Positions 17,380 through 30,250 of a stretch of DNA of 64,000 nucleotides are shown here, in pieces; the stretch's first letter is position 1, and every line of letters begins with the position of its first letter. The notes under the pieces were generated by a model, which had not been told where the DNA came from, did not search any database, and worked only from the letters and a program-made list of their open reading frames with translations. The DNA is from Octopus vulgaris (Eukaryota). Made by a program: the position numbers and the translations under genes. The stretch covers positions 27,466,001 through 27,530,000 of the forward strand of contig OX597828.1 of NCBI GenBank assembly GCA_951406725.2. The letters run 5' to 3'.

Positions 17380-18247
17380 CAGGGTGCAGTGAATAAACTG
17401 CTGTCTAAATGAAAATACCACTGACATCTCATTTAAACAGCTATATTTACCAAAATTACATAAAAATATCTTGAAATACTAAAGAGTAAATGTATTCATT
17501 AAAATTGCCATCAGCTTCAATCATCACCTCCAGACGACTTTGAAATCTCCTCCAACTCTTCTGAATGGGCTCCTTGTTTAAATTGGTGAATGCTGCCATA
17601 AATTCTTGCCTTCTGTTCATCTTTGGTGCTACAAGGAGTTTTGTTGGTCTCTCATTCAACTGTGACCCACACATAATTAAGGGTTTGCAGTCTGGGGTGT
17701 TAGGTGGCCAGATATTAAGAGTGATATGGTTCTCCTGTTTGTGTGCCATGACTCGATTCTCCTGTTTGTGTGGCATGGTGCAGAGTATTGTTGCCAAACA
17801 TAGGGTCTTCCAGCAGCCACCCTCTGATCCAGGCCAGCACTGCCTCCTCCAGGCACTTGATGTAGACCTCCATGTTGAGTCTGAGGCCATGTGAGAAGAT
17901 GAATGGAAGCATAATGCACCATCACTAGTGATCACTCCAAACAGCATGATGTTGACTGGCTGTTTGATTTTTATCACTTTTGGTACATGTTTTGGAGACA
18001 TGACAAGCCAATGGTTGTTCTGTGTGTTCACCATCTGTTGTGTTAGAGCTTCTGATGTGAATACCAAGCAGTACAGCATGCCGTTTCCAAATTTCTGGCA
18101 GAGTCAAATGCCTCATGATGCTGTTTTTGTCGGAGACGGTGCACAGCTGACCCTACTCTACTGTGTAGTCAACAAAATCAAAAACAAACAATGCACATAC
18201 GCAAAATTAAAAGTATAAAATGTTGGCAATTTACCTTTCACACCCTG
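17380..18247 (-). mobile_element. Degenerate, internally deleted Tc1/mariner-superfamily transposon
   Basis: Ends TA|CAGGGTG...CACCCTG. Frameshifted transposase motifs on the minus strand: MLFGVITSDG, WQQYSAPCHT (QQDxAPxH) and IWPPNTPDCKPL (WPPNSPDLNP), resembling DD37D/maT types. Confidence 0.88.
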
Positions 18248-19437
18248 GTTATTGTATCTGAAGTCAATTACAACAGAATGAAGTTTATGTCAAGTAAGTC
18301 TTAAATTAAAAATTCTATATACCAGTGTAAAATTACTTCTTTTTTTTATATAAGCAGTTCCTCTTAGTTATCTAAAAGAATTTCTAATCATTACTCTACA
18401 TTTAGGGATAGAAATAAATGTAACAGTACAGGGCTTAGTAAATTAATTTGGTATCTAAAAGATCATAATGAACAATTTAATTTAGCTTGGTTGATTCTCT
18501 TAATTTCAATACCTTATGATAAATGCAAGGAATTCTGTCTTCTCTGTAATTCTGAACTATTTTTTATTATTTTTTCAAAAAATCCTCTTGTAAACATGGT
18601 TATAGAGCATGCATAATGATGTAAACATTGGCAGAAACACACCTCTAGTTCATATAAGTGATATCTTTCATTATATATAATTTAAGCATTAATTTTCTTC
18701 TTACATTCACTAAATATATCTTTTTCCAAGACTTTAGGGTTTTTTGTTTAATTTACATATCATTATATACTTCTTATTTATTTGGTTTCTGATATTTTCT
18801 TTACCTCTCCTCTTTCTATAGGCTACCTTTGACGTTATATCCTCTAAGGTTTTTTTTTTTAAATTTAATAGCGTTTTCTTCATCACTATATATATCCATC
18901 ATATTCTGTTAAAATGTCATATTGATGAGTTTAATTTCTTCATTTCCCTGAAGAGAAGATTACATTGTTTTACACCATTTTATTCCTTTGGAATAATACC
19001 AATGATATCTTCGAGATGTATCAAAAGTAACAGAATCTGAATAATGTTTAACTCCATTTATTTATTAATATATATTATGCAAAATATTTCATGTAAACCT
19101 GAAGTTTCTACCTTTAAAAAACAAGGAGCTATGCCCTTTTTTCTTGTGTGATTTTTTGCTCCCCTTATAACTATTTATCTATTTTTTCCATGTTAATTGT
19201 AAACATGGGGAAAATACACACAGCTATTTATATATATATCTATATATATATATATATATATACATATACCAAGAAATAATTTTCCTTTCTCTGTATGGAA
19301 AGAAAGTAAAAGACACAGACATGTAGGACTGCAAAAAGAAGTGTTCAAGTGAAGCTGAGACAGAGACAATTTGTTGGCCCAAGTTTGATGTTTGTTCTCT
19401 AATCAATGATCTATGTATACATATATATATATATATA

Positions 19438-19735
19438 TCATCATCATCATCATTTAGCATCCGCTTTCCATGTTAGCATGGGTTTGATGGTTCAGCTGGG
19501 GTTTAGGAAGCCAGAGGGCTGCACCAGGCCGTCTGATCTGGCAATGTTTCTACGGCTGGATGCCCTTCCTAATGCCAACCACTCCATGAGTGTAGTGGGT
19601 GCTTTTTACGTGCCATGAGCACAGTTGCCAGACGAGGCTGGCAACCTGTCATGATCGGATGGTGCTTTTTACGTGCCACTGGCACGGGGGCCAGGCGAGG
19701 CTGGCAACGGCCATGATCGGATGGTGCTTTTTACA
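19438..19735 (-). mobile_element. RTE LINE 3' end with three internal repeat units
   Basis: (cat)n tail, ggatgcccttcctaatgccaaccac, and ggtgcttttta repeated three times. Confidence 0.85.
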
Positions 19736-19756
19736 TCAGACAGACAGACAGACAGA

Positions 19757-19960
19757 TCATCATCATCATTTAATATCCGTTTTCCACACTGGCATGGGTT
19801 GGACAGCTCAACAGGAACTGGTGAGGCCAGGGCCCACACCAAGTTCTGGTTGTCTGTTTTGACATGGTTCCTACAGCTGGATGCTCTTCCTAATGCTAAC
19901 CTCTCTATGGAGTATACTGGGTGCTTTTTAGGTCACAGATGCTTTTTAAGTGGCACCAAT
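19757..19960 (-). mobile_element. Second, more diverged RTE 3' end
   Basis: (cat)n ttaatatccgttttccacactggcatgggttggac...ggatgctcttcctaatgc. Confidence 0.75.
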
Positions 19961-20008
19961 GAATATTGTTTTAATATTATTATTTTTTATAATAATCTCT
20001 TCTATATG

Positions 20009-20272
20009 TGTGGGAGTGGTTGTGTGGTTAAGAAGCTTATTTTGCAACCAACTGGTTTTGAGTTCAATCCCACCCACATGTGTGTGTATGGATGTCTTTG
20101 TGCCCCTTCTCACTGTTTGACAACTGGTTTTGATTTGTAACGTAGCAGTTTGGTAAAAGAACTGATAGCATAAGTACCAGACTTAAAAACTAAGTACTGC
20201 TAGCAATTTGTTTGACCCTCCAAGGTAGTGCACCAGCATGGCTGCAGTCCAATGACTGAAACACAGAGAAAA
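20009..20272 (+). mobile_element. Internally deleted SINE family A
   Basis: gggagtggttgtgtggttaagaagctt...gagttcaatcc...ccagcatggctgcagtccaatgactgaaac. Confidence 0.75.
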
Positions 20273-22381
20273 TAAAAAAAAAAACTTATTTTACTGCTTA
20301 TATATTTTTAACAGCTTGATGCAATGTATAGGCTTAAACAATAACTTCAACCCTCTCATTTAATGAGGGATAAATACTGTTTACATTTTTTTATGTAATT
20401 TATATATTTTCTTTTGTATTCTACTGATTTTTCATTCATGCTCTTAAAATTTCAGAAACAGGATATTCTTATCTTGAACGATATATTTATGACATATGGA
20501 AGGGCTAAATGTAGCTTACTGCGCACACTTGTGGAACGATATGTAATTTTAGAAAGGCAAAAATGGCATATCAGTTATGAAATATTCCACATACAGCTAT
20601 AAAATGGAACTTGGATCGTTTTTCCAAAAAAATTCTTATAAAAACAATGATTTTCATAGGGTAACTTTCTGTGATTTGGGTTGTGGACTGAGTTAGGAGG
20701 TTTTTTTTTGTTTTTTTTTTTTTTAGACTCAAACGTGTTAACAACTAAATTGTATTGGTTTATCTATGGGCTGACACTTAACCTGCCTTACTCATGCTGT
20801 GCTAAAGGAAAAAAATTATGTTTGAATATGCCCTTAGCTTTCCAATTCTCTCCTTTTACATGTATTACATTTACTCTTGAACAAGTTCTAAAAACTTTAT
20901 CTGGAACTTATATCTATGATGTTCTATAAGCCAGTCTATCATTTTCTTAACTGCAGTGCAGCATAAAAAAAAAAAAAAAATGAAAACCAAAAAAAAAAAG
21001 TCAAACTCAAAGATTGCAAGTGTTTCTCTTATAACATATTTCATTACTGATGTTTATGAACTTTAGAAAATAATATATGAATAAAAATTGTAAAAAAAGA
21101 AAAAAAGGACAAAAGAAAAGAAAAGTTAGAAAGAAAAGGAGCAGTGAATGATGAAAGAAATATTGCTTAAAAAAAAAAACCTTCAAATCTTCTCTTGGAG
21201 GGAGGGAAAATATAAAATAAAATAATGTTCTTGTAATTTTAAGGGAAGAGAGAAAAATAACAATGCTTTATAGTAAACATTAGTTGTCACACGGTGATGG
21301 TGGGCGCAGCAGTGTATTAAAATGTAAGTTAGAGTCAGATATTATATAATGTATTTTATTTTATTTGGATTTTGGCTTTATATGTATTTTTTGTCATTTT
21401 TTCCCCCCCGATCTCCTCTCATTTTGCCAATTTCTGCCCTCTGATTACTGATTATTGGAACCCAGGGCACCCTGTGTTTTTGGTTTTAGATTCACTTTTT
21501 CGAATCTTCAAAAGTTATGGACATGGCTTTCAGATGTGTGTGTGTGTGTGTATGCGTGTGTATTGTTCTGTTTTATGAAAGTGATTATCATTTTTTATTA
21601 GTTATGATTATTTTATTTCTTATTCTATTTCAAAGTTAGTTTTCTCAGCCTTTGCATCGCATAACTTTTGAAGTAAACTGGACAAAACCAAGAAAATAAA
21701 GGGTGGTGGGGAATAAAAAAAATTGAAAAAAGTATATAAAATGAAGACAGAAAACTAAACAAAACAAAGTGAAAAAAAAACATCTTTGCTCTTTTGGAAG
21801 TTCTTGCTTTATTCCAGGTTGACATATCACAAGGCTTGTTCAATCAATATTGACTCACTCAACTTATGTAAATTATTGATGAAAAGATCGACTTATTGAA
21901 GGTAGGATTAATCTAAAAAGTAACATTGATGCTGTCTAAATTACTAGTTGACAACATTTGAAGACTCGGTTCTCTATTTTTATGAGAAGATTCTTGGCAA
22001 ACAGATCTACTGGAAATTGTTTTATTTTTTTAAATATTTTTCTTGTATTCCCTCCATTTTAGTTATTTATTTTTTCCTCTTATAATAATTCCTATCCAAG
22101 AGCTGACACTCCTTCCACAGAAAGAGATGATTGAGACTTCATTCAAAAGATTTTTTTTTTCCTTTTTGGTGTTGGAATCTAAGGGTGTAGAATTAGATTG
22201 ATTGGAAGAGTTTGAATATCCAGTATGCTTTTTTTTATATATTTATCCATAATATCACTGTAATTCACGTATCTGTTTAGTGTTAATCATTGTAAGTAAG
22301 TTAATTAACACTGAATAATCTTCATCTAGTTAAGTATTTCTTCTTTGCTATCATCTATAAATATATACCTATATATCCACA

Positions 22382-22421
<40 letters not shown>

Positions 22422-23030
22422 GTTAGTATTAGTTGGCAATAGGATGGGTATCTTTCTTTCAGCTACTCATACTTTGGGAGATTAAATGTTATCTTTTCTC
22501 TCCCCCTCCAGTTGCTTCAGAGATTTTTTTTTTTTGTCGCTATGAAAATCAAACATCAAAACTATAATAATATTAACAATGTGTGTCTAAGAAAATATTA
22601 ACACTCAACTTTCATTTCTTTCTTTTTTTTTTCCTTTATTTCTTTCTCTCTCTCTTTCTATCTTCTTTATATTCGCTCATGCAGGCAGAAGAAGAGATAT
22701 ATACATGTTACAGATCTGTTCATTTTATATACATACATGCATACATGTATATACACACACACACATATACATACACTAACATTAGCACATGCACATATAC
22801 ATACATACATACAAATATATATACATATACATGTGAGTGTGTATATATATATATATGCGTGTGTGTGTATACACGCACACACACATGCATGTATACATAC
22901 ATAAGTTCTGTTAGTTGTAATTCTTCAAAGTTATACAGTGTACAATAAAAAAAATTGTTTTGCCAATTTAGAAATATCTTTCGTTTTCATGCAGCATATT
23001 TTCAACACATTCTCTTCTACTAAGAGGTAT

Positions 23031-23068
<38 letters not shown>

Positions 23069-23263
23069 TAATACTAACAATAATAATAGTAATAATGATA
23101 ATAATAATAATAGATTTCTTTTTCTTTTTTTTGTTTCTTTAAACTGCAGTCTTATCTACAAAATTTAATTCTTGCTCTACTATGATATGAATGGATGTTT
23201 GACTTATTTTTAGTGCCATTAAGTTCTGTATCTTTATGTTAAACCTTTTTCTTCACGTAACAG

Positions 23264-23299
23264 CATCGCCGTCTTTTGATGTATGAAATGGCTGAGTCG
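23264..23299 (+). CDS. Candidate 36-nt micro-exon (HRRLLMYEMAES in phase 0) of an unidentified host gene
   Basis: Acceptor ccttttttcttcacgtaacAG, donor tcg|GTAAGG, length divisible by three, open frame, GC/CpG-richer than its flanks. Product not recognised. Confidence 0.4.
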
Positions 23300-23689
23300 G
23301 TAAGGAATCAATCTGCTTCTGAGAGGATTACAGTTTGATTGTTTGTTTGTTTTTATCACTGATACTGCATTATCAGGTAAGACAGACAACAGAATGTCTT
23401 CATACTGCACTAAACTGATTAAAAATTGGAAGTGATTGGTGTCTTACATTATGGTTGACCCACGATGTTAGGGTATTGGGCTTCGCTTAGTACAAGAAAA
23501 AAAAGAAGAAAAAAAATAATTTGGACACTGCACTTTTTTGTGTTTTTTCTTTTGTTTTCTTTATCTTCTCCCCACCCCTCCCTACATCCTTCTATCACTT
23601 ATAAACTGATCCAATCCCTGCTCGCATGAGACAATGCATGGAGGCAATTACACCTAACATGACTGTATATACACACACACGTATGTATA

Positions 23690-23915
23690 TGTTTGTATGT
23701 ATCTCTGTGCATGTATCGTTGTGTTGTATTTTTGCAACCAGTGTTGGTTTATTTACATTCCTTTTACTTAGTGGTTCTGGAAAAAAGACTGATAGAAAAA
23801 AATGTACCAGGCTTCAAAACAATAAGTAAGTTCTTGCTTGATTTGTTTGATTAAACACATGAAGGCGGTGCTCCAGCATGGCTGCAGTCAAGTGACTGAA
23901 ACAAGTAAAAGATAA
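23690..23915 (+). mobile_element. 3' half of SINE family A
   Basis: caaccagtgttggtttattt...aaggcggtgctccagcatggctgcagtc...gaaacaagtaaaagat. Confidence 0.75.
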
Positions 23916-23927
23916 ACGAACTGTATA

Positions 23928-24350
23928 TCATTATCATCACCATTGTTTGACATCCGTTTTCCAGGCTGGCATGGGCTGGTCAGTTTGACAGAGCTAGTCA
24001 GGAGAGCTATCCGGGTTGTTTTGGCATGGTTTCTACAGCTGGACGCCCTTCCTAATACTTATTTCTTTATTACCTACAAGGGGCTAAACACAGAGGGGAC
24101 AAACAAGGACAGACATAGGTATTAAGTCGATTACATCGACCCCAGTGCGTAACTGGTACTTAATTTATCGACCCCGAAAGGATGAAAGGCAAAGTCGACC
24201 TCGGCGGAATTTGAACTCACAACGTAACGCAGGTGAAATACCGCTAAGCATTTTGCCCGGCGTGCTAACATTTCTGCCAGCTCGCCGCCCATCCTAATAC
24301 CAACCACTTTACAGAGTGTGCTGGGTGTTTTGCACATGTCACTGGCACAG
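23928..24350 (-). mobile_element. RTE 3' end split by a SINE B insertion
   Basis: The motif ggacgcccttcctaatac|caaccact is interrupted at 24058 and resumes after 24300. Confidence 0.8.
24059..24291 (-). mobile_element. Full-length SINE family B with 9-bp TSD
   Basis: Minus strand GGCGGCGAGCTGGCAGAAATG...GAGTTCAAATTCC; TCCTAATAC at 24050-24058 and 24292-24300. Confidence 0.92.
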
Positions 24351-24588
24351 GTGTGTCTACATAGCACTCACCTCATACCTTGAGGAGACTCTTAGATTTG
24401 CAACTCCTACTGGTCATTTTCACTCTCTCTCTCTCCTAAAGGTGAGTAACCCTGCAGCCACCCTACAAAAACCTGCTTTCCCCTCACCCTCATCTCCATG
24501 CATAAATACTGTCCCCATCCCACCCAAATTCTATGGTCTTGAAAACTGCATGACAATTTCACTACTTGTGATGATATGAAGAAATATA

Positions 24589-25006
24589 AGGCGACAAGCT
24601 GGCAGAAATGTTGGCACGCCAGGCGAAATGCTTTGCGGTATTTCGTCTGCTGTTACGTTGTGAGTTCAAATTCCGCTGAGGTCGACTTTGCCTTTCATCC
24701 TTTCGGGGTCGATAAATTAAGTACCAGTTACGCACTGGGGTCGATATAATCGACTTAATCCGTTTGTCTGTCCTTGTTTGTCCTCTCTGTGTTTAGCCCC
24801 TTGTGGGTAGTAAAGAAATAGGTATTTCGTCTGCCATTACGTTCTGAGTTCAAATTCCGTCGAGGTCGACTTTGCTTTTCATCCTTTCGGAGTTGATTAA
24901 ATAAGTACCAGTGACACACTAGGATCGATGTAATCGACTTAATTCCTTTGTCTGTCCTTGTTTGTCCTCTTTGTGTTTAGCCCCTTGTGGGTAGTAAAGA
25001 AATAGG
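24589..25006 (+). mobile_element. SINE family B full copy plus head-to-tail 5'-truncated second copy, within one 11-bp TSD
   Basis: Units at 24589-24822 and about 24821-25006; TATGAAGAAAT at 24575-24585 and 25007-25017. Confidence 0.9.
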
Positions 25007-25019
25007 TATGAAGAAATCA

Positions 25020-25205
25020 TCTGGTACATGGTGTAAAACGGTTGGCATTAGGAAAGGCATCCAGCTACAGAAAACAAACCAAACCAAACCAACACAGATT
25101 CTAAAGTGCAATGCATTCCTTGGACCCATCAGATCTTGCCAATCCAACTCATGCCAGCATTAAATGATTATGATGATGGTGGTGGTGGTGGTGGTGGTGA
25201 TGATA
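25020..25205 (+). mobile_element. RTE 3' end
   Basis: ggttggcattaggaaaggcatccagctacagaaa...catgccagcat followed by (gat)n. Confidence 0.75.
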
Positions 25206-25387
25206 AGGTTTTGGTGCCATAAATAAGTCCATTGTAATCAATCCTCTGTAGACTTAATAGTTTGGTTATTATCATATAATTGTTCAGTTTCCTGGTCAAC
25301 TATGGCAAGCAATTTATTGGGTTATATACTATTCATCATCATCATTTAATGTCCGCTTCCCATGCTAGAATGGGTTGGACTATTGCT

Positions 25388-25784
25388 CTTTTACTCTTTT
25401 ACTTGTTTCAGTCAGTTGACTGCGGCTATGCTGGAGCACCGCCTTTAGTCGAGCAACTCGACCCCGGGACTTATTCTTTGTAAGCCCAGTACTTATTCTA
25501 TCAGTCTCTTTTGCCGAACCGCTAAGTTACGGGGACGTAAACACACCAGCATCAGTTGTCAAGCAATGCTAGAGGGACAAACACAGACACACAAACATAC
25601 ACACACATATATACGTATATACGACAGGCTTCTTTCAGTTTCTGTCTACCAAATCCACTCACAAGGCTTTGGTCGGCCTGAGGCTATAGTAGAAGACACT
25701 CGCCGAAAGTGCCACACAGTGTGACTGAACCCGGAACCATGTGGTTGGTAAGCAAGCTACTTACCACACAGCCACTCCTGCGCC
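25388..25784 (-). mobile_element. Full-length SINE family A
   Basis: Nearly identical to 11146-11551. Confidence 0.92.
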
Positions 25785-26399
25785 TATTATATATTCTTAT
25801 ATGTTATTATATATTATATATTTTTATAAACTGATGTTAAATACTTAATTTTCTTAAAGTATCAACTTTGAAACACTGTGTGGTTTTCATCTTCATACTT
25901 TTTTTTTTGCATAAAAATCTCTTTTATGTCATTTTAGAAGTTTACTGCCTGTTTGGTACACTACCAAAATATTTTTTTGAAACTTCTAGAATAAAATGCA
26001 AGTTCTGCAATATAGGAAATTACGTCATTGCCATCACCACCACTAGCACCACTTTGATGATGATGATGATGATCATCATCATCATCATCAACAACAACAT
26101 TATTCATTACCACTACTTTCACCATGATGGATGGAAAGCTGGGCAGTGAGCCATTGAATAAAGCTATGAAGATGAGGAGTATGTTGAGCAGTAAGATGGA
26201 TAAAAGGGAATTTATAAAATGGAAATAAAAGAAAATGAGAGAAAGGAGAGAGAGAGAGAGAGAATGATTCAGAGACTGAACTGGAAGAGGCAAGTGCTGA
26301 AAGTGTAAAGAGTGTGCTCTGCAGATTAAATGCAAAATGGAAATAAATAAATGAATAAATAAATAAACAAATATATATACGTACATATATATACAAACA

Positions 26400-26771
<372 letters not shown>

Positions 26772-29098
26772 TAAATAGAATGGAACTAAAATATGCTTTT
26801 TTAGAACAAAAAAAAAAAAAGTAAAATATCTGAAGTATAAGAAGCCTGCTTAGTTGTCTATAATTTCAATGTAAAAGAAATGTTAGATGGCTTTCTTAAA
26901 GTGACTAACAGTGCCAGAGGAAACCGTGACATTCTTAGTAAAGTAAATGTATGCAGTGAAAGAGAACCATATTATCTAGGCAGGTGGTAGACAGCAATTG
27001 GGTAAAATGTACTACTAATATCAGCAAGCCAAGTTGGTAGCTGTCGTTGGGTGATTGGCTGGCTGGCTGGCTGGCTGGTTTGCTGACTGGCTAATTAGTG
27101 GACAAGTTGATCTAAATAATGGTCCAAATGGGAGTAATTGAGGTAATGGTGATGTTTGTTGTGTCATATGCGATACATTAGTCAAATAATTACCTTCGTA
27201 TGGAAAACATTTTAGTTTAATAATTGTTCTTCACTTACAGGAACCAATGTTGTCACTAATGATAATAGTCATTACGGAAGTAATAGAATTGGTTTTATTG
27301 ATAATGGTAGGAATTTCATTTTTTTTTTCTCGTTTGTTTTTTTTTAGCAATTGGTATTTTTGTGATATATAACGAATATTGCTCTTGGTCATATTTAGGT
27401 TGAGAATTTATGGCAGTAATGAAGGTATTTCAATTGTAGTATGTCAGTAGTTTGTAGAATTAGTGTGACAGAAATTGGAACAAGTGTTCTAGACATGTTT
27501 GGAAATTACAGCTAAAATTCTGATGCTGACTTTCGTTAGTCCCCACATGCACTGACTCACCTTCTAAGAAATATGTCGACTGAGATATAGGTTCCGAGAC
27601 CCATTAAGAATCTTTGTGCAGTGTTCCGTGTCGGAACTGCATTTGATGGAATAAGATGTTAACCTAGATTTTTTTTTTCTTTTCTTTTTTTATCAGTAAT
27701 TGTTGTTTGCCTGGAAAAAAAAATCTTCGATTAGTATGGAACTTTATGTTGGAAAGATTTGAAAATGCATGTAAGTGCCAAAAACTTTTCTCTGGCAGCA
27801 GAAACATGGAGTGGGAGAGCACCAAAACATTTGTTAAAAGTTCAACTTCAAATGCCTGTATCTTTAGAGATATTATACTTTCGCTACAATTCTGTCATAA
27901 GAGTAATCATTCTACTTTTATTCCATACATCAAGCACTTTCTCTCTTTCTTATTTTACTTAACTTGTCAGTGGAGTGCGTATAAATTCCTTTTAAAGCTT
28001 CCAAGACAGTTGGAAGAAATTAATCCACAGACCTTAGACTTAAGCTGGATCTTTGAAACAAAGTATATTCTGCTAAAGACACCAAAGCACCAGATAATAA
28101 CATAAAACTAAGCTACAAATTTTCTATATTACACTAAATTTTGTAATGTAAATCAGCAGATCATTATGAAATACAATGGTAAATCTTTTATATCTTATGG
28201 TTAATCTTTTATGCCTTAAAACTGGGAATATTCACTTTTTAGCTTTCAGGATGCGCTTCTTTATAATTATTTTTGCAGAGATATCTGTGTTTGTCACACT
28301 TTGTCAAAGCAGTCTTTAAGATTATGATTCTCAGCATGCTGCAGGGTGTGTCTATGTGCATTGTAGGTTTTCAAAAAAATAATTCAAGGTTTATGGAAAA
28401 CCTTAGTAAATGCTCGAACATCTTGAAAAAAGGTGTTATTCATAATTTTGTCTTACACCTATGTGATAGTAAAACAAGGTAAACAATACTTTTTTGTGAA
28501 ATGCACAAAAACAGTTTACTTAGACATGGATTTGTAATATGGTGTCAACATTTTCATTGCTTGGAACTGTGACAAAAATGTTCTGCTTCTAAAATTTTCA
28601 ATTATATTACATCATATATCACTTGAGATATTTCTTTTTGTTGTCATTTTAAATATCAGCTCACAATCTCAGATCAAAATATTTATGCTGTAATAGTCTG
28701 TCTGTAATAGTCTTTCTGCATTAAAAAAAATTCTTTACTCCAAAACAGTTTTTATTCTTACCTTTCAGTGTGAGATTTGCCAATAAATTTTTATTTGATT
28801 TCCAGTAAATCTTAAAATCACAGAGATAGATATCCACACCTGTAAGGCATTTATTCGATGTATTTGTCATTTTTGTTAGTAAAGGACTATTTTGTGATCA
28901 TCATTTGGTCAATCTCACTTGAATTTGTCCAATTCAATTACCCCAGACATCAACATACTCCAGAACATTGAAGTAGGTAGCAGGGTGATGTTCCATGTCC
29001 ATTGAGAGCTTGTTGATGAAGATTTTGGCCGGGTGATCCCTCCATGTAAAGCCACATCAGGTTATCCATAGCAAAGCATCACTTATAAATTCTAACTT

Positions 29099-29538
29099 GG
29101 TGCAGGAATGGCTGTCTGGAGGCACAGGTTTAGCTGTGTGGTTAGGAGTTTGCTTCCCAACCACATGGTCCCAGGATCAGTCCCACTGCATGGCACCTTG
29201 GATGAGTGTTTTCTACTACAGCCCTGGGCTGACCAAAGCCATGTGAGTGGATTTGGTAGGCAGAAATATGAAAGGAGCCCATTGTGTGTGTGTGTGTGTG
29301 TGTATGTGTGTGTGGGTGTGTGTGTCTTTGTTTTTGTGTTTGTCACCCACTACTGCTTGAAGAGTGGTGTTGGTTTGTTTATATAACTTCATAATTTGGC
29401 AGAAGAGACCAATAGAATAAGTACTAGGCTAGACTTACAAAAAAAGTAGGTCCTGTGGTCAATTTGTTCACAAAGACCCTTCAAGGCAGTGTCCCAGTAT
29501 GGCCACAGGCAAATGACTGAAACAGGTAAAAGATAAAA
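29099..29538 (+). mobile_element. SINE family A with duplicated head
   Basis: ggtgcaggaatggctgtctgg is followed by a second ggcacaggtttagctgtgtgg and then the body and tail. Confidence 0.85.
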
Positions 29539-29918
29539 TACAACTTTCCAGTTATGTCCTGTACACATGTGTCTCTCATGACATCATTGGTCAGAAGAAG
29601 ATTGCCATGCTGTCATATTGAATTGAATACTTTTCCTACCAGATAATCAGAATGGCCTGTAACATGTTGGGGATAAATGCTATTGAACTTTACCTTCAAG
29701 AATTTAATGCTAGTCAAGCAATGAATTTGTACAATGGCAGTTATTCCACAGTGGCAAAGAAAATACATTTCTAAAGATCATCAGATGACAAACTGTTAAG
29801 AAAAGCCTCTGTTTTTTCAAGGTAAACTCTTACTATTTTTGAAGTGATATCTCCTTAAGTTTTCAATTGAGAAGCATAAAGATTCTTTATTATAAAACAA
29901 CACCAAATTTATCATATA

Positions 29919-30250
29919 GGTGCAAGTGTGGCTGTGTGGTAAGAAGCTTGCTTCGCTACCATACGGTTATGGGTTCAGTTCCACTGTGTGGCATCTTGAG
30001 AGCAGAAATCTTCTATTATAGCCCCAGGCCAGACAAAGCCTTCTAAGTGTATTTGATCGATGGAAACTGAAAGAACTGCATTGTGTGTGTATATATCTTT
30101 GTGTCTGTGTTTGTCCCCTGACTGATAGAGGAAGTGCCGAGCTTAAAAAAAAACATATTAGGCTCAATTCATCGGATCCAAATTCTTTAAGGTGGTGTTG
30201 CAACATTTCTTTAGAGTTTAATGACTGAAACAAGTAAAAGGTAAAAGATA
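29919..30250 (+). mobile_element. Degenerate SINE family A
   Basis: ggtgcaagtgtggctgtgtggtaagaagcttg...gggttcagttcc...gaaacaagtaaaag. Confidence 0.85.

Noticed and set aside
17456-18079. Functional transposase
   Set aside because: Motifs are split across frames, a catalytic Asp is replaced (QQY) and the element is only 868 bp.
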